Shown here: in pieces, positions 16,216-26,273 of the stretch | Layout: each line of letters opens with the position of its first letter | Numbering within the stretch: the first letter of the stretch is position 1 | Assembly (NCBI GenBank): GCA_965226645.1 | Contig: CBDDDL010000002.1 | Span: 667,147-731,146 of the forward strand | Length of the DNA stretch: 64,000 nucleotides | DNA from: Candidatus Poriferisodalis sp. | Lineage (GTDB): Bacteria > Actinomycetota > Acidimicrobiia > Acidimicrobiales > Poriferisodalaceae | Direction: 5' to 3' | Program-made: the position numbers and the translations under genes | Notes under the pieces: model-generated | The model's database searches: none | Seen by the model: the letters and a program-made list of their open reading frames with translations, nothing else | What the model was told of the DNA's origin: nothing

Positions 16216-18288
16216 CTAGAACCGGCCGCTCGTGCTCAGGCGCCGCCGGTGCTCGAGGAAGTCGACCAGCACGTAGTTGCCCAGATCGTGCGGGCTCGTG
16301 AAGAACGCCCGGCCGCCGTTCATCTCGGTCATCTTCTCCACGAACGCCCGCAGGTAGCTGTTCGGGTCGAGCATGAACACGTTGATGCGGATGTCCTCGC
16401 GGGTGGCGCGGGCCACTTCCAACAGCGTCGCCTCGATGGTCTCGCGCACCGGCGGGTAGGCAAAGAACGGACGCCCGTCGCGCCCGAGGTGGGCGGTCGG
16501 CTCGCCGTCGGTGATCATGATGATCTGCTTCGAGCCGCTCTGGCGGGCCAGCAGGCGCCGAGCGATCATGAAGCCGTGCTGCATGTTGGTGCCGTAGGCG
16601 AAATCCCACGACACCTCCGGCAGCTGCGACGCCTTCAGCTCGTTGGCTGACTCGGCAAAGCCCACGATGCCGAGGTAGTCACGCGGGAACTGCGTTGAGA
16701 TCAACGAGTGCAGCGCCATCGTGACCTTCTTCGCGGGAAGAAAGTTGTCACGCATCGGCATCGACAGCGACAGGTCCAGCATCAGCACCGTCGAGGCCCG
16801 AGAAAGCAGCTCAGTCCGCTCGATCTCGAAGTCGTCGGGCGTCAGCCGCACCGGCGTGCCGGTCCCCTGGCGGGCAATGGCGTTGCGCACGGTGCGCTCG
16901 ATATTGAGATTGAAGGTGTCGCCGAATTCGTAGGGCTTGGTCTCGTAAGCCCGTTCGTGGCCGATGCCGGTCTTGTGCACCTGGTGACTGCCGACCTTGT
17001 CGTCCATGAGACGGTCGAACAGGTCGCCCAGAGCGTTCTGGCCGATGCGTCGCAGCGCCCGCGGCGTGAGCTCGAGCCTGCCTTCGGTGTGCTGGGCAAG
17101 CCCTGATTCCTCAAGCATCCGAGCCATCTCGCTGAGCTGCTCCAACGCCTCAGCGGACTCGTTGCCGAGCAGCTCACGCACCCGCTCCGGGTCCACCTCG
17201 GCCAGCGCGGAGGGGCTGACGGCACCCTGCAGCATCTCTGAGAGCGCATCGAGGTCGCCGAGTTGGCCCAGCACATCGGCGGCCTGGGACATCGACAACG
17301 GATCGTCGCCTCCGAACTGGTAGCCCCGCTCCCAACCCATGCCGGGGAATGCCTGCTGGAGGTTCTGGGCGAGTTGCTGGGCCTGCCACTGCAGATCCAT
17401 GTCGTCCATGAATTGCGCGGCCAGGTCGGCGAGCTGCTGGCGTTGGGCCGGCGTCATCGAGTTGAGCATCGAGGCCATGGCCGCCATGCGCTTGGCCATG
17501 ATCTCGAGCAGCTCGTCGAGCGTCTGGGGGTTCTCGGGGAAGAAATCGCCGTAGCGGTCCATGAAGCCCTCGAAGTCGGGCTCTTCGCCCCGGGCGCGCT
17601 GTTCGAGCATCTGGTTGAGCTCGGCCATCATGTCCTTGGTGCGGGCCAAGTCCTCGGGGCTCATGTTGCCCATCGCGCCCGTCATCTGGTCGAAGTAGCT
17701 CTGGGCGACCTCTTGTCGCAGCCGCTCCACCAGCTCGGCGAACTGTTCGCGGGCTTCGGGAGATTCGAAGTCGTAGCTCTGCAGGCCCCGCATCTTCCCG
17801 GCGAGGTCGGGCGGCAGCATGTCGAGTTGCAAGTTGCGCTCGGCGGCGCTGGACTGGGCGATCTCGCTGCGTCGCTCGTCGCCGCTGTCGGTGGCATCGT
17901 GCGCGAACTGTTCGAGTGCCTCGCGCTCGGTGTCGGTGATCTCGCCGAGCTCACGGGCGATGTCGTCGTAGACGCCGCCGAGATCGAATTGATCGAGCAT
18001 TTCCGAGCGGCGCTCGCGCAGCCGCTCGAGCATCTCGCGAAGCCCTTCGAGCCGGTTGCCGTCGGCGTCGGTGAAGCCCTGTTGCATCAGGCGCCGCAGC
18101 GCAGCATTCAGGTCGCCGTGATACAGCAGATCGTCGGTCAGTTCGGCGAAGAGGCTGTCCGCGTCGAAGTCGAAGCCGGTCTGGGTGCCGTCCCAAGCCG
18201 AATAGCGGAAGCGGGTGCCCTCGCGGCGGGCCCGACGCCAGCGAATCTTCATCGAACGCCCACTGTCCTTGCTCCGTCGACCGCGCAA
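16216..18288 (-). CDS. VWA-domain protein with a long acidic/coiled-coil N-terminal region (partner of the MoxR-like ATPase)
   Basis: C-terminal vWA with MIDAS (..VLMLDLSLSMPM.. ..IIMITDGEPTAH..). An alternative start is M13 (MKIRW..) at 18252. Confidence 0.8.
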   Translation of the reverse strand: MRGRRSKDSGRSMKIRWRRARREGTRFRYSAWDGTQTGFDFDADSLFAELTDDLLYHGDLNAALRRLMQQGFTDADGNRLEGLREMLERLRERRSEMLDQFDLGGVYDDIARELGEITDTEREALEQFAHDATDSGDERRSEIAQSSAAERNLQLDMLPPDLAGKMRGLQSYDFESPEAREQFAELVERLRQEVAQSYFDQMTGAMGNMSPEDLARTKDMMAELNQMLEQRARGEEPDFEGFMDRYGDFFPENPQTLDELLEIMAKRMAAMASMLNSMTPAQRQQLADLAAQFMDDMDLQWQAQQLAQNLQQAFPGMGWERGYQFGGDDPLSMSQAADVLGQLGDLDALSEMLQGAVSPSALAEVDPERVRELLGNESAEALEQLSEMARMLEESGLAQHTEGRLELTPRALRRIGQNALGDLFDRLMDDKVGSHQVHKTGIGHERAYETKPYEFGDTFNLNIERTVRNAIARQGTGTPVRLTPDDFEIERTELLSRASTVLMLDLSLSMPMRDNFLPAKKVTMALHSLISTQFPRDYLGIVGFAESANELKASQLPEVSWDFAYGTNMQHGFMIARRLLARQSGSKQIIMITDGEPTAHLGRDGRPFFAYPPVRETIEATLLEVARATREDIRINVFMLDPNSYLRAFVEKMTEMNGGRAFFTSPHDLGNYVLVDFLEHRRRLSTSGRF

Positions 18289-18364
18289 ACCGCCAATCGC
18301 CTCGGGAACCGAACGCCCACCGCCATGGCCTTCACTCTGTCACGGTCGCAGTCGGGACAGCGAC

Positions 18365-19795
18365 TCAACCGCGCCCGCGGTAGGTGGCGCGGGCACCGAC
18401 GTGTTCTTTGTTGAGCCGCTTGGACAGGTGCAGGCCTTCGAGCACCAGCTCGACGGCGGAAGCGAGCACCGCTGGCGCGACGCCCTCGCTGGCCGCTGCG
18501 GCATCGACCGCGTTGGCCACAAGCGACTCAGCCGCAACTGCGAGCGCCGGGTTGCCTTCGAGCAGTTCCATGTAGGCCTCGGAGCCCAGGTCGTCGCCGG
18601 TGTGGACCACTTTGCCCTCGCCGAAGCTGGCTACGACATCGGTCAGCTCGTCTGGTGAGAAGCGGTTCTTGAAGACTTCGAGCACCGCGGCACGCAGCAT
18701 CGTCTCGACGATCTTGCCGTCGCGGCCTTCCTCCATCGACTCAATCTCGATCTTGCCCGCGGTGGAGCTCATGAGCGCTTCGAGGTCGCTGACGCGCGGC
18801 ACGACGTGGTACTCGCCGCGCTGCAGCGCCCGGCGAGCGGCGTTGGCGACCAGCGTCTCGGTGTTCGTGACGGTCATGCGTACCGAGACGCCTGAGCGCT
18901 GATTGACGTGGCTGCTCGAACGGGCCACATGGCTGAAGGTCGCCACGATCTCGGACATGAATTCCGGCAGCGTCACCGAGATGCCTTCGGCATCGAGCGG
19001 GCGAGCCTCGGCCGCGGCGATGTCCATCTCGGTGTCGACGTCGAGCGGGTAGTGGGTGCGGATCTGGGCGCCGAAACGGTCCTTCAGCGGCGTGATGATG
19101 CGGCCCCGGTTCGTGTAGTCCTCTGGATTGGCCGTGGCAACGAGCAGCACGTCGAGTGGCAAGCGGATCTTGTAGCCGCGAATCTGCACGTCGCGCTCTT
19201 CGAGCACGTTCAGCAGGCCCACCTGGATGCGCTCGGCAAGATCCGGCAGCTCGTTGATGGCGAAGATGCCGCGGTTGGTGCGCGGCACCAGGCCGTAGTG
19301 CAGCGTGAGCTCGTCTGAGAGGTACCTGCCCTCGGCCACCTTGATGGGGTCCACCTCGCCGATGAGGTCGGCGATCGAGGTGTCCGGCGTGGCCAGCTTC
19401 TCGCCGTAGCGGACGCTGCGATGCGCCCAGGCGATGGGTGTGTTGTCGCCGCGCTCAGCAACGAGGTCGCGGGCATGCCGAGAGACTGGGTTGTACGGAT
19501 CGTCGAAGATCTCCGAGCCCTCGATGTAGGGCATCCACTCGTCGAGCAGGTTCACCAGTGATCGGATCATCCGTGTCTTGGCCTGCCCGCGCTCGCCCAG
19601 AAAGACGACGTCGTGCCCAGCGAGCATCGCGTTCTCGAGTTGCGGCAGCACCGTGTTCTCGAAGCCCAGCACTCCCTCGAACAGCGGCTGGCCCGCGGCG
19701 ATGGCCGTCGCGGCGTTGGCGCGCATCTCCTCTTTGACCGGTCGGGATTCCCAGCCGATCTTGCGCAGTTCGCCGAGCGTGGTGGGTTGCGTCAT
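18365..19795 (-). CDS. MoxR-family AAA+ ATPase (extended C-terminus)
   Basis: Walker A ..AGHDVVFLGERGQAKT.., Walker B ..IFAINELPDLAERIQVGLLNVLEERDV.., sensor ..ATANPEDYTNRGRIITPLKDRFG.. Start taken at MTQPTTLGELRK. The first 139 codons of track ORF 18365..20212 are low-complexity and overlap the divergent gene. Confidence 0.75.
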   Translation of the reverse strand: MTQPTTLGELRKIGWESRPVKEEMRANAATAIAAGQPLFEGVLGFENTVLPQLENAMLAGHDVVFLGERGQAKTRMIRSLVNLLDEWMPYIEGSEIFDDPYNPVSRHARDLVAERGDNTPIAWAHRSVRYGEKLATPDTSIADLIGEVDPIKVAEGRYLSDELTLHYGLVPRTNRGIFAINELPDLAERIQVGLLNVLEERDVQIRGYKIRLPLDVLLVATANPEDYTNRGRIITPLKDRFGAQIRTHYPLDVDTEMDIAAAEARPLDAEGISVTLPEFMSEIVATFSHVARSSSHVNQRSGVSVRMTVTNTETLVANAARRALQRGEYHVVPRVSDLEALMSSTAGKIEIESMEEGRDGKIVETMLRAAVLEVFKNRFSPDELTDVVASFGEGKVVHTGDDLGSEAYMELLEGNPALAVAAESLVANAVDAAAASEGVAPAVLASAVELVLEGLHLSKRLNKEHVGARATYRGRG

Positions 19796-19937
19796 GGCGG
19801 GCAACCTAGCCCCCGGCACTCGTGGCGACAGGCGCCGGATTCGGCATCGGCGACCGCTACCGTCGCGACGAGACCAGGTGCGCCGGGTGCAGCGCTCGCA
19901 CAGCGCGCACGTGCGGTCACCGAGACGGGGGGACAGG

Positions 19938-21197
19938 GTGAGCGTCGAGTGGTCGCTCGTCGAGGAGTCCGGTGCCAAAGCCGTGCCGCTCACCGGAGAG
20001 TGGTTGGTTCGAGCGGCCGGGCACGGCGAATGGCGCACAGTCGCTGATCGATCACTCGACGACTCGGGCTGGACGGTGTCGCGCTCGCCAGGTCGCTGGT
20101 GGCTCGACGACGGGCTCGGCGACGCCGATGCCGTTCTGTACCGACGCCACTTCGACCCTCCCATCCCGGACGGATCCGACACGGATTTCGATGCCCGCGA
20201 CTGGTTGGTCACCAGCGGCCTCTGCGGGCTCGGTCATATCTGGCTGGACGGGGCCTATCTCGGTGACGTCCGTGGCCGGCACTACCAGCGAGCCTTCGAG
20301 ATCACGGGACGTCTGGGGCCCGGTGACGCTCACGGGGCCACACATCTGGTCGCCATCGAAGCAGCCCACCCGCCGAACCGACCGCAACCGGCACTTGACA
20401 CCCCGGTCGCCGACATCCGGATTGAACGAACGGGCCCCGCACGCATCGAGCGTGCACGCGTCCTGGTCATCGAGGCTGACTACGACCGGGCAGTGCTGCG
20501 CATCTCCGCAACAGTCGACAGCGCCGCCACCCACCGATCCGAAGTCACCACGACGGTGTTGCCGTGCCCAGCGCCGCCGACAAGCCCAGCGCCCCCAACA
20601 AGCCCGACGATCGGCAATGGCCTGGCGAGGTCGTCACCAGTGCTGGCGCGAGGACGCAACAACCTCGAATGGCTGGTCGCACTCGATCAGCCGGCGCTGT
20701 GGTGGCCCTCCGGAATGGGAGTCCAGCCCCGTTACGACGTCAGCGTTGCCCTGTCCGTCGACGAGCGGACGAGTCACACGGTGCAGTGCACAACAGGCAT
20801 CCGCACGGTGAGCGCGCAACGCTCCGAGCTGCTGGTGAACGGTGAGCCCCACCCGACAGGACCAGACAGCCTCACCATCATTCAGCACGATCTCGCGCAC
20901 CGAGGCCTGTACGAGACCGCAGACGCCACCGGCACGCTGCTGTGCCAACAGATCACCCTCGACCGCAGCGTGCTCGGCGGCGGACAGCGAAGCCTCCGTG
21001 CGGTAGCAGACCGAGCCGCAGCCGCTGCCACCGACCGTGTCGGCAACCACCCGAGTGTCGCCGTTTGGCAGCCGTTACAGCACCTCGGAGGTAACCGATC
21101 CATTCCCGGAAGCGGCCTCGTGCATAACCGCATCGTGCGTCGCGCCCTCCACAACGCAGACTCCACGCGTCCCGCGTGGCTGCTTGGGGGCCTCTAA
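19938..21197 (+). CDS. Glycoside hydrolase family 2-like protein, apparently truncated or degenerate. The sugar-binding and Ig-like domains are present; the TIM-barrel region is compressed and the protein ends about 420 aa in.
   Basis: The GH2 N-terminal jelly-roll pattern (..W.V..SPGRWW......LYRRHF......D..L...G....IWLDGAYLGDVRGRHYQRAFEIT..) is followed by ..LWWPSGMGVQPRYDVSVAL...TGIRTV.. LLVNGEP.. and ..NHPSVAVWQ... Typical GH2 proteins are 800-1000 aa. GTG start follows a GGGGGGA Shine-Dalgarno-like motif; the track ORF begins at 19578, overlapping the ATPase gene. Confidence 0.45.
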   Translation: MSVEWSLVEESGAKAVPLTGEWLVRAAGHGEWRTVADRSLDDSGWTVSRSPGRWWLDDGLGDADAVLYRRHFDPPIPDGSDTDFDARDWLVTSGLCGLGHIWLDGAYLGDVRGRHYQRAFEITGRLGPGDAHGATHLVAIEAAHPPNRPQPALDTPVADIRIERTGPARIERARVLVIEADYDRAVLRISATVDSAATHRSEVTTTVLPCPAPPTSPAPPTSPTIGNGLARSSPVLARGRNNLEWLVALDQPALWWPSGMGVQPRYDVSVALSVDERTSHTVQCTTGIRTVSAQRSELLVNGEPHPTGPDSLTIIQHDLAHRGLYETADATGTLLCQQITLDRSVLGGGQRSLRAVADRAAAAATDRVGNHPSVAVWQPLQHLGGNRSIPGSGLVHNRIVRRALHNADSTRPAWLLGGL

Positions 21198-21387
21198 CGC
21201 CCTGACCAGCAACCCACGACGAATTGCGCAGAGCGGAAGGCGCGCAAGTACGGTTCGAGGCCGCGCGAACCGCTCTCTGCGGTCTCGCACCGAAACCACG
21301 TCGCATCCAGTTCGCTGACCGGGTCAGCCCGGCCGGCTGTGCCGCCACTGCACACTGTCCCCCGAACGTCACCCACAGGAGGAGCAC

Positions 21388-22218
21388 ATGGCGCCGACTG
21401 CCACGCAGCCTGCCGGTTCGGTTCCGGTGTTCAAGACCCGCCGTGCGCTGCCGTTCCCGTTGAACATCTACCAGTCATCTGTGGGTCGCAAGTGGGTGAT
21501 GGCGCTGACCGGCATCGGGCTGCTGGGCTTCGTCATCGTGCACATGATCGGCAACCTGCACATCTACGAGGGCCCCTCTCGGATGTACGAGTACGCCGAG
21601 ACGCTGCGCGAGCTCGGAGGCGGACTGGTGCCCCGCACGCTGCTGCTGTGGATCATGCGAGTCGGTCTTCTCGCCATGTTCTTGGTGCATCTGCATTCGG
21701 CGTACACGCTCAAGGAGCGAAGCCGCCTGGCCTCGGATCGGGCCAGCTTCGTGGGCGGCGCCAAGAAGTACGAATCCAAGCGCGACTACATCGCAGCCAA
21801 TTACGCCTCGCGCACGATGCGCTGGACGGGTCCGATCGTGGGCCTGTACGTGCTGTTCCACCTTGCCGACCTGACCTGGGGCTGGTGGCTGGGCGATGCC
21901 TATGTGCGGGGCAACCCGTACCACAACGTGGTCGAGTCACTGTCCTCCATACCGGTCGCGATCATCTACGTCGTGGCGAATGTGGCGCTGGCGGTGCACA
22001 TCTTCCACGGCACCTGGAGCATGTTTCAGAGCCTCGGTGTGAACAACCCTCGCTACAACGGCCTGCGCCGCAACTTGGCGACAGTGCTGGCCGGCGTAGT
22101 CCTGATCGGCAATCTGTCTTTCCCAGTGCTCGTGCAGGCCGGCCTCGTGAACGAGGACAACGGGAAATGCAGCAGCGTCGATCTCGAATGTCTGGCCGAA
22201 GAGGCGGAGGCTCACTGA
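21388..22218 (+). CDS. sdhC: Succinate dehydrogenase / fumarate reductase cytochrome b subunit (b558-type, single membrane anchor)
   Basis: AGGAGG Shine-Dalgarno. 5-TM pattern with conserved His residues. First gene of a C-A-B operon. Confidence 0.85.
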   Translation: MAPTATQPAGSVPVFKTRRALPFPLNIYQSSVGRKWVMALTGIGLLGFVIVHMIGNLHIYEGPSRMYEYAETLRELGGGLVPRTLLLWIMRVGLLAMFLVHLHSAYTLKERSRLASDRASFVGGAKKYESKRDYIAANYASRTMRWTGPIVGLYVLFHLADLTWGWWLGDAYVRGNPYHNVVESLSSIPVAIIYVVANVALAVHIFHGTWSMFQSLGVNNPRYNGLRRNLATVLAGVVLIGNLSFPVLVQAGLVNEDNGKCSSVDLECLAEEAEAH

Positions 22219-22219
22219 G

Positions 22220-24181
22220 ATGGCTTCTGAGGAGACCGCAGCAACCATGAACGGTGCATCTAACGGCGTGCTCGACTCCCGCGTACCGCCGGGACCGATG
22301 GCCGACAAGTGGACCGACCACAAGTTCTCGATGAAGTTGGTCAACCCGAACAACAAGCGTCGCTTCGAGATCATCGTGGTGGGCACCGGCCTGGCAGGCG
22401 CTTCCGCAGCGGCGTCGCTGTCCGAGCTGGGCTACCGGGTCAAGGCGTTCACGTTCCACGACTCGCCGCGCCGGGCGCACTCGATCGCAGCCCAGGGCGG
22501 CATCAATGCCGCGAAGAACTACACCAACGACGGCGACTCGGTGCACCGGCTCTTCTACGACACCGTCAAGGGCGGCGACTACCGCAGCCGCGAGGCCAAC
22601 GTGCACCGCCTCGCCGAGGTGTCGGCAAACATCATCGACCAGTGCGCGGCGCAGGGCGTGCCGTTTGCCCGCGAATACGGCGGCCTGCTCGACAACCGCT
22701 CCTTCGGCGGGGCGCAGGTCAGCCGGACGTTCTACGCCCGTGGCCAGACAGGTCAGCAGCTGCTGCTCGGCGCCTACCAGGCGCTCGCAAAGCAGGTTGC
22801 GGCCGGCGGAGTCGAGCTGCACACCCGCAGCGAGATGCTGGATGTGGTCACGAAGGACGGCAGGGCCTGCGGCATTGTCACTCGCGACCTCGTCTCGGGC
22901 GAGATCGCAGCGCACTCCGCGCATGCGGTGGTGCTGGCCACCGGCGGCTACGGCAACGTCTACTACCTGTCCACCAACGCCATGGCGTGCAATGTCACGG
23001 CGGCGTGGCGGGCACATCGGCGAGGGGCGTTCTTCGCCAACGCCTGCTACACGCAGATCCACCCCACGTGCATCCCGGCGAGCGACGAGTTCCAGTCGAA
23101 GCTCACGCTCATGTCCGAGTCGCTGCGCAACGATGGCCGGATCTGGGTGCCCGAGGCGATGGACGATGTCCGCTCACCCGACCAGATTCCCGAGAGCGAA
23201 CGCGACTACTACCTCGAGCGCAAGTATCCGGCGTTCGGCAACTTGGTGCCGCGTGACGTGGCCAGCCGCAACGCCAAGACGGTGGTGGACCAGGGCAAGG
23301 GCGTCGGGCCGCTGCGCAACGGCGTCTATCTGGACTTCTCCGAGGTGACCGCCCGCGACGGACAGGCGGCGGTGGCGGCGAAGTACGGGAATCTCTTCGA
23401 CATGTACGACCGCATCACGGGTGAGAACCCCTATGCGGTGCCGATGCGGATCTACCCGGCCATCCACTACACGATGGGCGGACTCTGGGTCGACTACCAC
23501 CTCATGACCACGGTTCCGGGCTGTTACTCGATCGGCGAAGCCAACTTCTCCGATCACGGCGCCAACCGGCTGGGTGCATCAGCGCTGATGCAGGGGCTCG
23601 CTGACGGCTACTTCGTGCTGCCGTACACGATCGGCGACGACCTCGCCGGCCGGCTGGGCGAGCCGGTGATGCCAGTGGACGATCCGGTCTTCACCGAGGC
23701 GGTGGCCGGCGTCGCCGACGCCACGCAGCGTTTCCTGTCGATCGGCGGGACCCGCTCGGTGGACTGGTTCCATCGGGAGCTCGGCCAGATCGTGTGGGAC
23801 TACATCGGCATGGAGCGCTCCCGCGAAGGCCTCGAGAAGGCGCTCTCGGAGATCCCAGCGCTCGAAGCCGAGTTCTGGGCGGACCTCCGGGTGCCCGGCT
23901 CGGGCGCAACGCTCAATTCGGGCCTGGAGAAGGCCGGCCGGGTGGCCGACTTCTTCGAACTCGCCAAGCTCATGGCCCGCGATGCCCTGCTGCGCGAGGA
24001 AAGCTGCGGCGGGCACTTCCGGGCTGAGCACCAGACACCCGACGGCGAGGCTCAGCGCGATGACGAGAACTTCGCGCACGTCGCCGCATGGGAATGGCAC
24101 AACGCCGACACCGTCCAGACCCGTCACACCGAGGAGTTGGAGTTCGAAGAGGTGGCACTGACACAGCGGAGCTACAAATGA
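22220..24181 (+). CDS. sdhA: Succinate dehydrogenase / fumarate reductase flavoprotein subunit
   Basis: FAD-binding ..[17 protein letters not shown].., ..[14 protein letters not shown].., ..[15 protein letters not shown].. Confidence 0.9.
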   Translation: MASEETAATMNGASNGVLDSRVPPGPMADKWTDHKFSMKLVNPNNKRRFEIIVVGTGLAGASAAASLSELGYRVKAFTFHDSPRRAHSIAAQGGINAAKNYTNDGDSVHRLFYDTVKGGDYRSREANVHRLAEVSANIIDQCAAQGVPFAREYGGLLDNRSFGGAQVSRTFYARGQTGQQLLLGAYQALAKQVAAGGVELHTRSEMLDVVTKDGRACGIVTRDLVSGEIAAHSAHAVVLATGGYGNVYYLSTNAMACNVTAAWRAHRRGAFFANACYTQIHPTCIPASDEFQSKLTLMSESLRNDGRIWVPEAMDDVRSPDQIPESERDYYLERKYPAFGNLVPRDVASRNAKTVVDQGKGVGPLRNGVYLDFSEVTARDGQAAVAAKYGNLFDMYDRITGENPYAVPMRIYPAIHYTMGGLWVDYHLMTTVPGCYSIGEANFSDHGANRLGASALMQGLADGYFVLPYTIGDDLAGRLGEPVMPVDDPVFTEAVAGVADATQRFLSIGGTRSVDWFHRELGQIVWDYIGMERSREGLEKALSEIPALEAEFWADLRVPGSGATLNSGLEKAGRVADFFELAKLMARDALLREESCGGHFRAEHQTPDGEAQRDDENFAHVAAWEWHNADTVQTRHTEELEFEEVALTQRSYK

Positions 24182-24981
24182 GCGGCGGGACAAACGGCCA
24201 GAGCAGCCACGGCGGCGTGCTGAACCTCACCTTGCGGGTGTGGCGTCAAGACGGCGCCGACGCTAAGGGTCACTTCGAGACCTACGACGCGCCGAACGTC
24301 AGCGAGGACATGTCCTTCCTTGAGCTGCTCGACACCATCAACGAGCGGCTGATCGCCGATGGCAACGTGCCGATCGAGTTCGACCACGACTGCCGCGAGG
24401 GCATCTGCGGCATGTGCAGCCTGATGATCAACGGGCGGGCGCACGGCCACGAAGCGGCCACGACCACCTGCCAGCTGCACATGCGCAAGTTCTCCGACGG
24501 CGACACCATCACCGTCGAGCCCTTCCGGGCGAAGGCGTTCCCGGTGGTGCGCGACCTCGTCGTGGATCGAAGCGCGTTCGACCGCATCATTGAGGCCGGT
24601 GGCTACATCTCGGTGAACACCGGCGCTGTCGGCGATGCCAATCTCACGCCGGTGCCCAAGGACGCAGCCGAAACGTCGTTCGACGCCGCGGCCTGCATCG
24701 GGTGCGGTGCCTGCGTGGCGGCGTGCCCGAACTCGGCGGCGCAATTGTTCACCTCGGCCAAGCTGGCGCATCTCAATCTGGTCCCCCAAGGCCAGCCGCA
24801 GCGCTGGGAGCGCACCGAAGCGATGGTGGAGACCATGGAGCAGTACTTCGGCTCGTGCACCAATCACGGGGAGTGCACCGAAGCGTGCCCCAAGGAGATC
24901 AGCCTCGACTTCATCGCGTTCATGAACCGCGACTACGTCAAGGCCAAGATCAAGAACCGCAAGCTCGCCGGGCAGCACTGA
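24178..24981 (+). CDS. sdhB: Succinate dehydrogenase iron-sulfur subunit
   Basis: ATGA overlap with the sdhA stop. Cys clusters [34 protein letters not shown]. The track ORF starts upstream at 24088. Confidence 0.9.
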   Translation: MSGGTNGQSSHGGVLNLTLRVWRQDGADAKGHFETYDAPNVSEDMSFLELLDTINERLIADGNVPIEFDHDCREGICGMCSLMINGRAHGHEAATTTCQLHMRKFSDGDTITVEPFRAKAFPVVRDLVVDRSAFDRIIEAGGYISVNTGAVGDANLTPVPKDAAETSFDAAACIGCGACVAACPNSAAQLFTSAKLAHLNLVPQGQPQRWERTEAMVETMEQYFGSCTNHGECTEACPKEISLDFIAFMNRDYVKAKIKNRKLAGQH

Positions 24982-25019
24982 TTTGGTCAGCGCTGAATCT
25001 GCACAGCATTCGGGCACGG

Positions 25020-25042
25020 CTAGTGCTGTGTCCGCAAACGTT
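25020..25042. repeat. IS630 left terminal inverted repeat
   Basis: Exact reverse complement of 26239..26261. Confidence 0.85.
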
Positions 25043-25054
25043 TGCGCGCTTTGG

Positions 25055-25843
25055 TCATGCGGCTGCTTTGGTGGGTCTGCCCCAGCGGTGTTGTTTTTCG
25101 GCTCGGGTTCTGGCTCGTTCGCGTCGTTGGGCTGCGAGCAGTTCGGGTGAGCGTTTGTTGGCGTTGCGCCAGCGCAGGTGGGCGTGCAGAGCGCGGGTGA
25201 GCACGGTGTGGTTGGGGTGGTCGGAGTTGTCGGGCACGAACTCGCGCAGCGGCCCGAAGTGCGCTTCGATGGGGTTCGCCCATGAGCTGTAGGTGGGGGT
25301 GAAGCACAGCTCGACTTTGTTGCGCTTGGCCCATTTGCGAATGTCGGTGCGGTTGTGGGCGGACAGGTTGTCCAAGATCACATAGACCGGCTCGCCGTCA
25401 GGGCGGCGGGCGCGGATGCTGCGCAGCGCCGCCTTGGTGTTGGCCGCGGACTTGCGATGCCGCACGACGCCCCACATCTCGTCGTCGCCGACGCTGTAGC
25501 AGCCACAGAACTGGCGCACGCCGTGGAGCTTGTTGTAGTTCGCGCGCAGCCGCTGGGGACGCGACCGCGGCGCCCAGCACGCCCCGCCGGTCGGGCGAAT
25601 GGCCAGCGGCCCGAACTCGTCGAACGCGAACACCCGGTCCGGGTGCTTGTCCGCCACATGCTCGACGCGGTCCAGCTTCGCGTCCCGGTCCGCGTCGTTG
25701 GACTCGGCCCAGGTCCTGGTGCGCCCGAACGTGATCCCTGACTCGGTGAGGATCTCGTGCAGCCGCTGCCGGCCGACCTGCACAACCCGGGTCGGGTTGT
25801 CGCCCAGATACGCCGCGAGCTTGCGGACGCTCCACCGCGCCAA
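25055..25843 (-). CDS. IS630 transposase, DDE catalytic part (orfB). It is separate from orfA in this sequence, so either frameshift-expressed or inactive.
   Basis: ..VFAFDEFGP.. ..VILDNLSAHNRTDIRKWAKRNKVELCFTPTYSSWANPIEAHFG.. is the DDE pattern of IS630/Tc1. A 58-bp gap in a different frame separates it from orfA. Confidence 0.8.
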   Translation of the reverse strand: MARWSVRKLAAYLGDNPTRVVQVGRQRLHEILTESGITFGRTRTWAESNDADRDAKLDRVEHVADKHPDRVFAFDEFGPLAIRPTGGACWAPRSRPQRLRANYNKLHGVRQFCGCYSVGDDEMWGVVRHRKSAANTKAALRSIRARRPDGEPVYVILDNLSAHNRTDIRKWAKRNKVELCFTPTYSSWANPIEAHFGPLREFVPDNSDHPNHTVLTRALHAHLRWRNANKRSPELLAAQRRERARTRAEKQHRWGRPTKAAA

Positions 25844-25901
25844 CGGCTGGTCCAGCTTGCGCGGGCGGATGCGGGCCGTCTCGACGATGAACGCATCATC
25901 G

Positions 25902-26258
25902 TCAGTCGTGATCCGGCGGCCACGGCCACCCGCCCACTGAGGGACCCGACGACGCCATCGGCGACTCGTTGAACCTGTGGATCATCTCGCGCACCCGATC
26001 AGGCGACGTCGCCGCCAGCTGCGCGATCACCGGCACCAAGTTCCCGCCCGCCGACGCATGGACCACCACCGCACGCCGCCATCGCACATGAGACCCCGGC
26101 GACCTGCCGGCGCCGCGACGCACGATCCGCTGCAACGCCTGGCCTTCCTCATGGGTCAACCGACGGACCCGAACACGCTCACTCATACCCCCGACCAAAC
26201 CACAAACCACACCCCGACACGCGGACACCAACCCGACGAACGTTTGCGGACACAGCAC
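25902..26258 (-). CDS. IS630 transposase, N-terminal HTH part (orfA)
   Basis: ..VRRLTHEEGQALQRIVRRGAG.. ..IAQLAATSPDRVREMIHRFNESP.. HTH/wHTH. Confidence 0.75.
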   Translation of the reverse strand: MLCPQTFVGLVSACRGVVCGLVGGMSERVRVRRLTHEEGQALQRIVRRGAGRSPGSHVRWRRAVVVHASAGGNLVPVIAQLAATSPDRVREMIHRFNESPMASSGPSVGGWPWPPDHD

Positions 26259-26261
26259 TAG
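26239..26261. repeat. IS630 right terminal inverted repeat
   Basis: Exact reverse complement of 25020..25042. Confidence 0.85.
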
Positions 26262-26273
26262 CGTTTCGCTCTC

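Larger units (their letters stand above)
25020..26261. mobile_element. IS630-family insertion sequence (about 1.24 kb) with perfect 23-bp terminal inverted repeats
   Basis: IR-L ctagtgctgtgtccgcaaacgtt and IR-R aacgtttgcggacacagcactag are exact reverse complements. They bracket the two transposase ORFs. The TA of cTAg at each end is consistent with a TA target duplication. Confidence 0.85.

Noticed and set aside
16000-18414. + strand ORFs 16000..16650, 16708..17106 and 17263..18414 opposite the VWA gene
   Set aside because: Antisense artefacts (H/R/G/V-rich).
22309-23348. Two ~300-aa + ORFs in alternative frames inside sdhA
   Set aside because: Out-of-frame artefacts; the sdhA frame carries the FAD-binding and active-site motifs.
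25355-25940. Several 100-180-aa ORFs on both strands inside the IS630 transposase region
   Set aside because: Alternative or antisense frames of the transposase gene.
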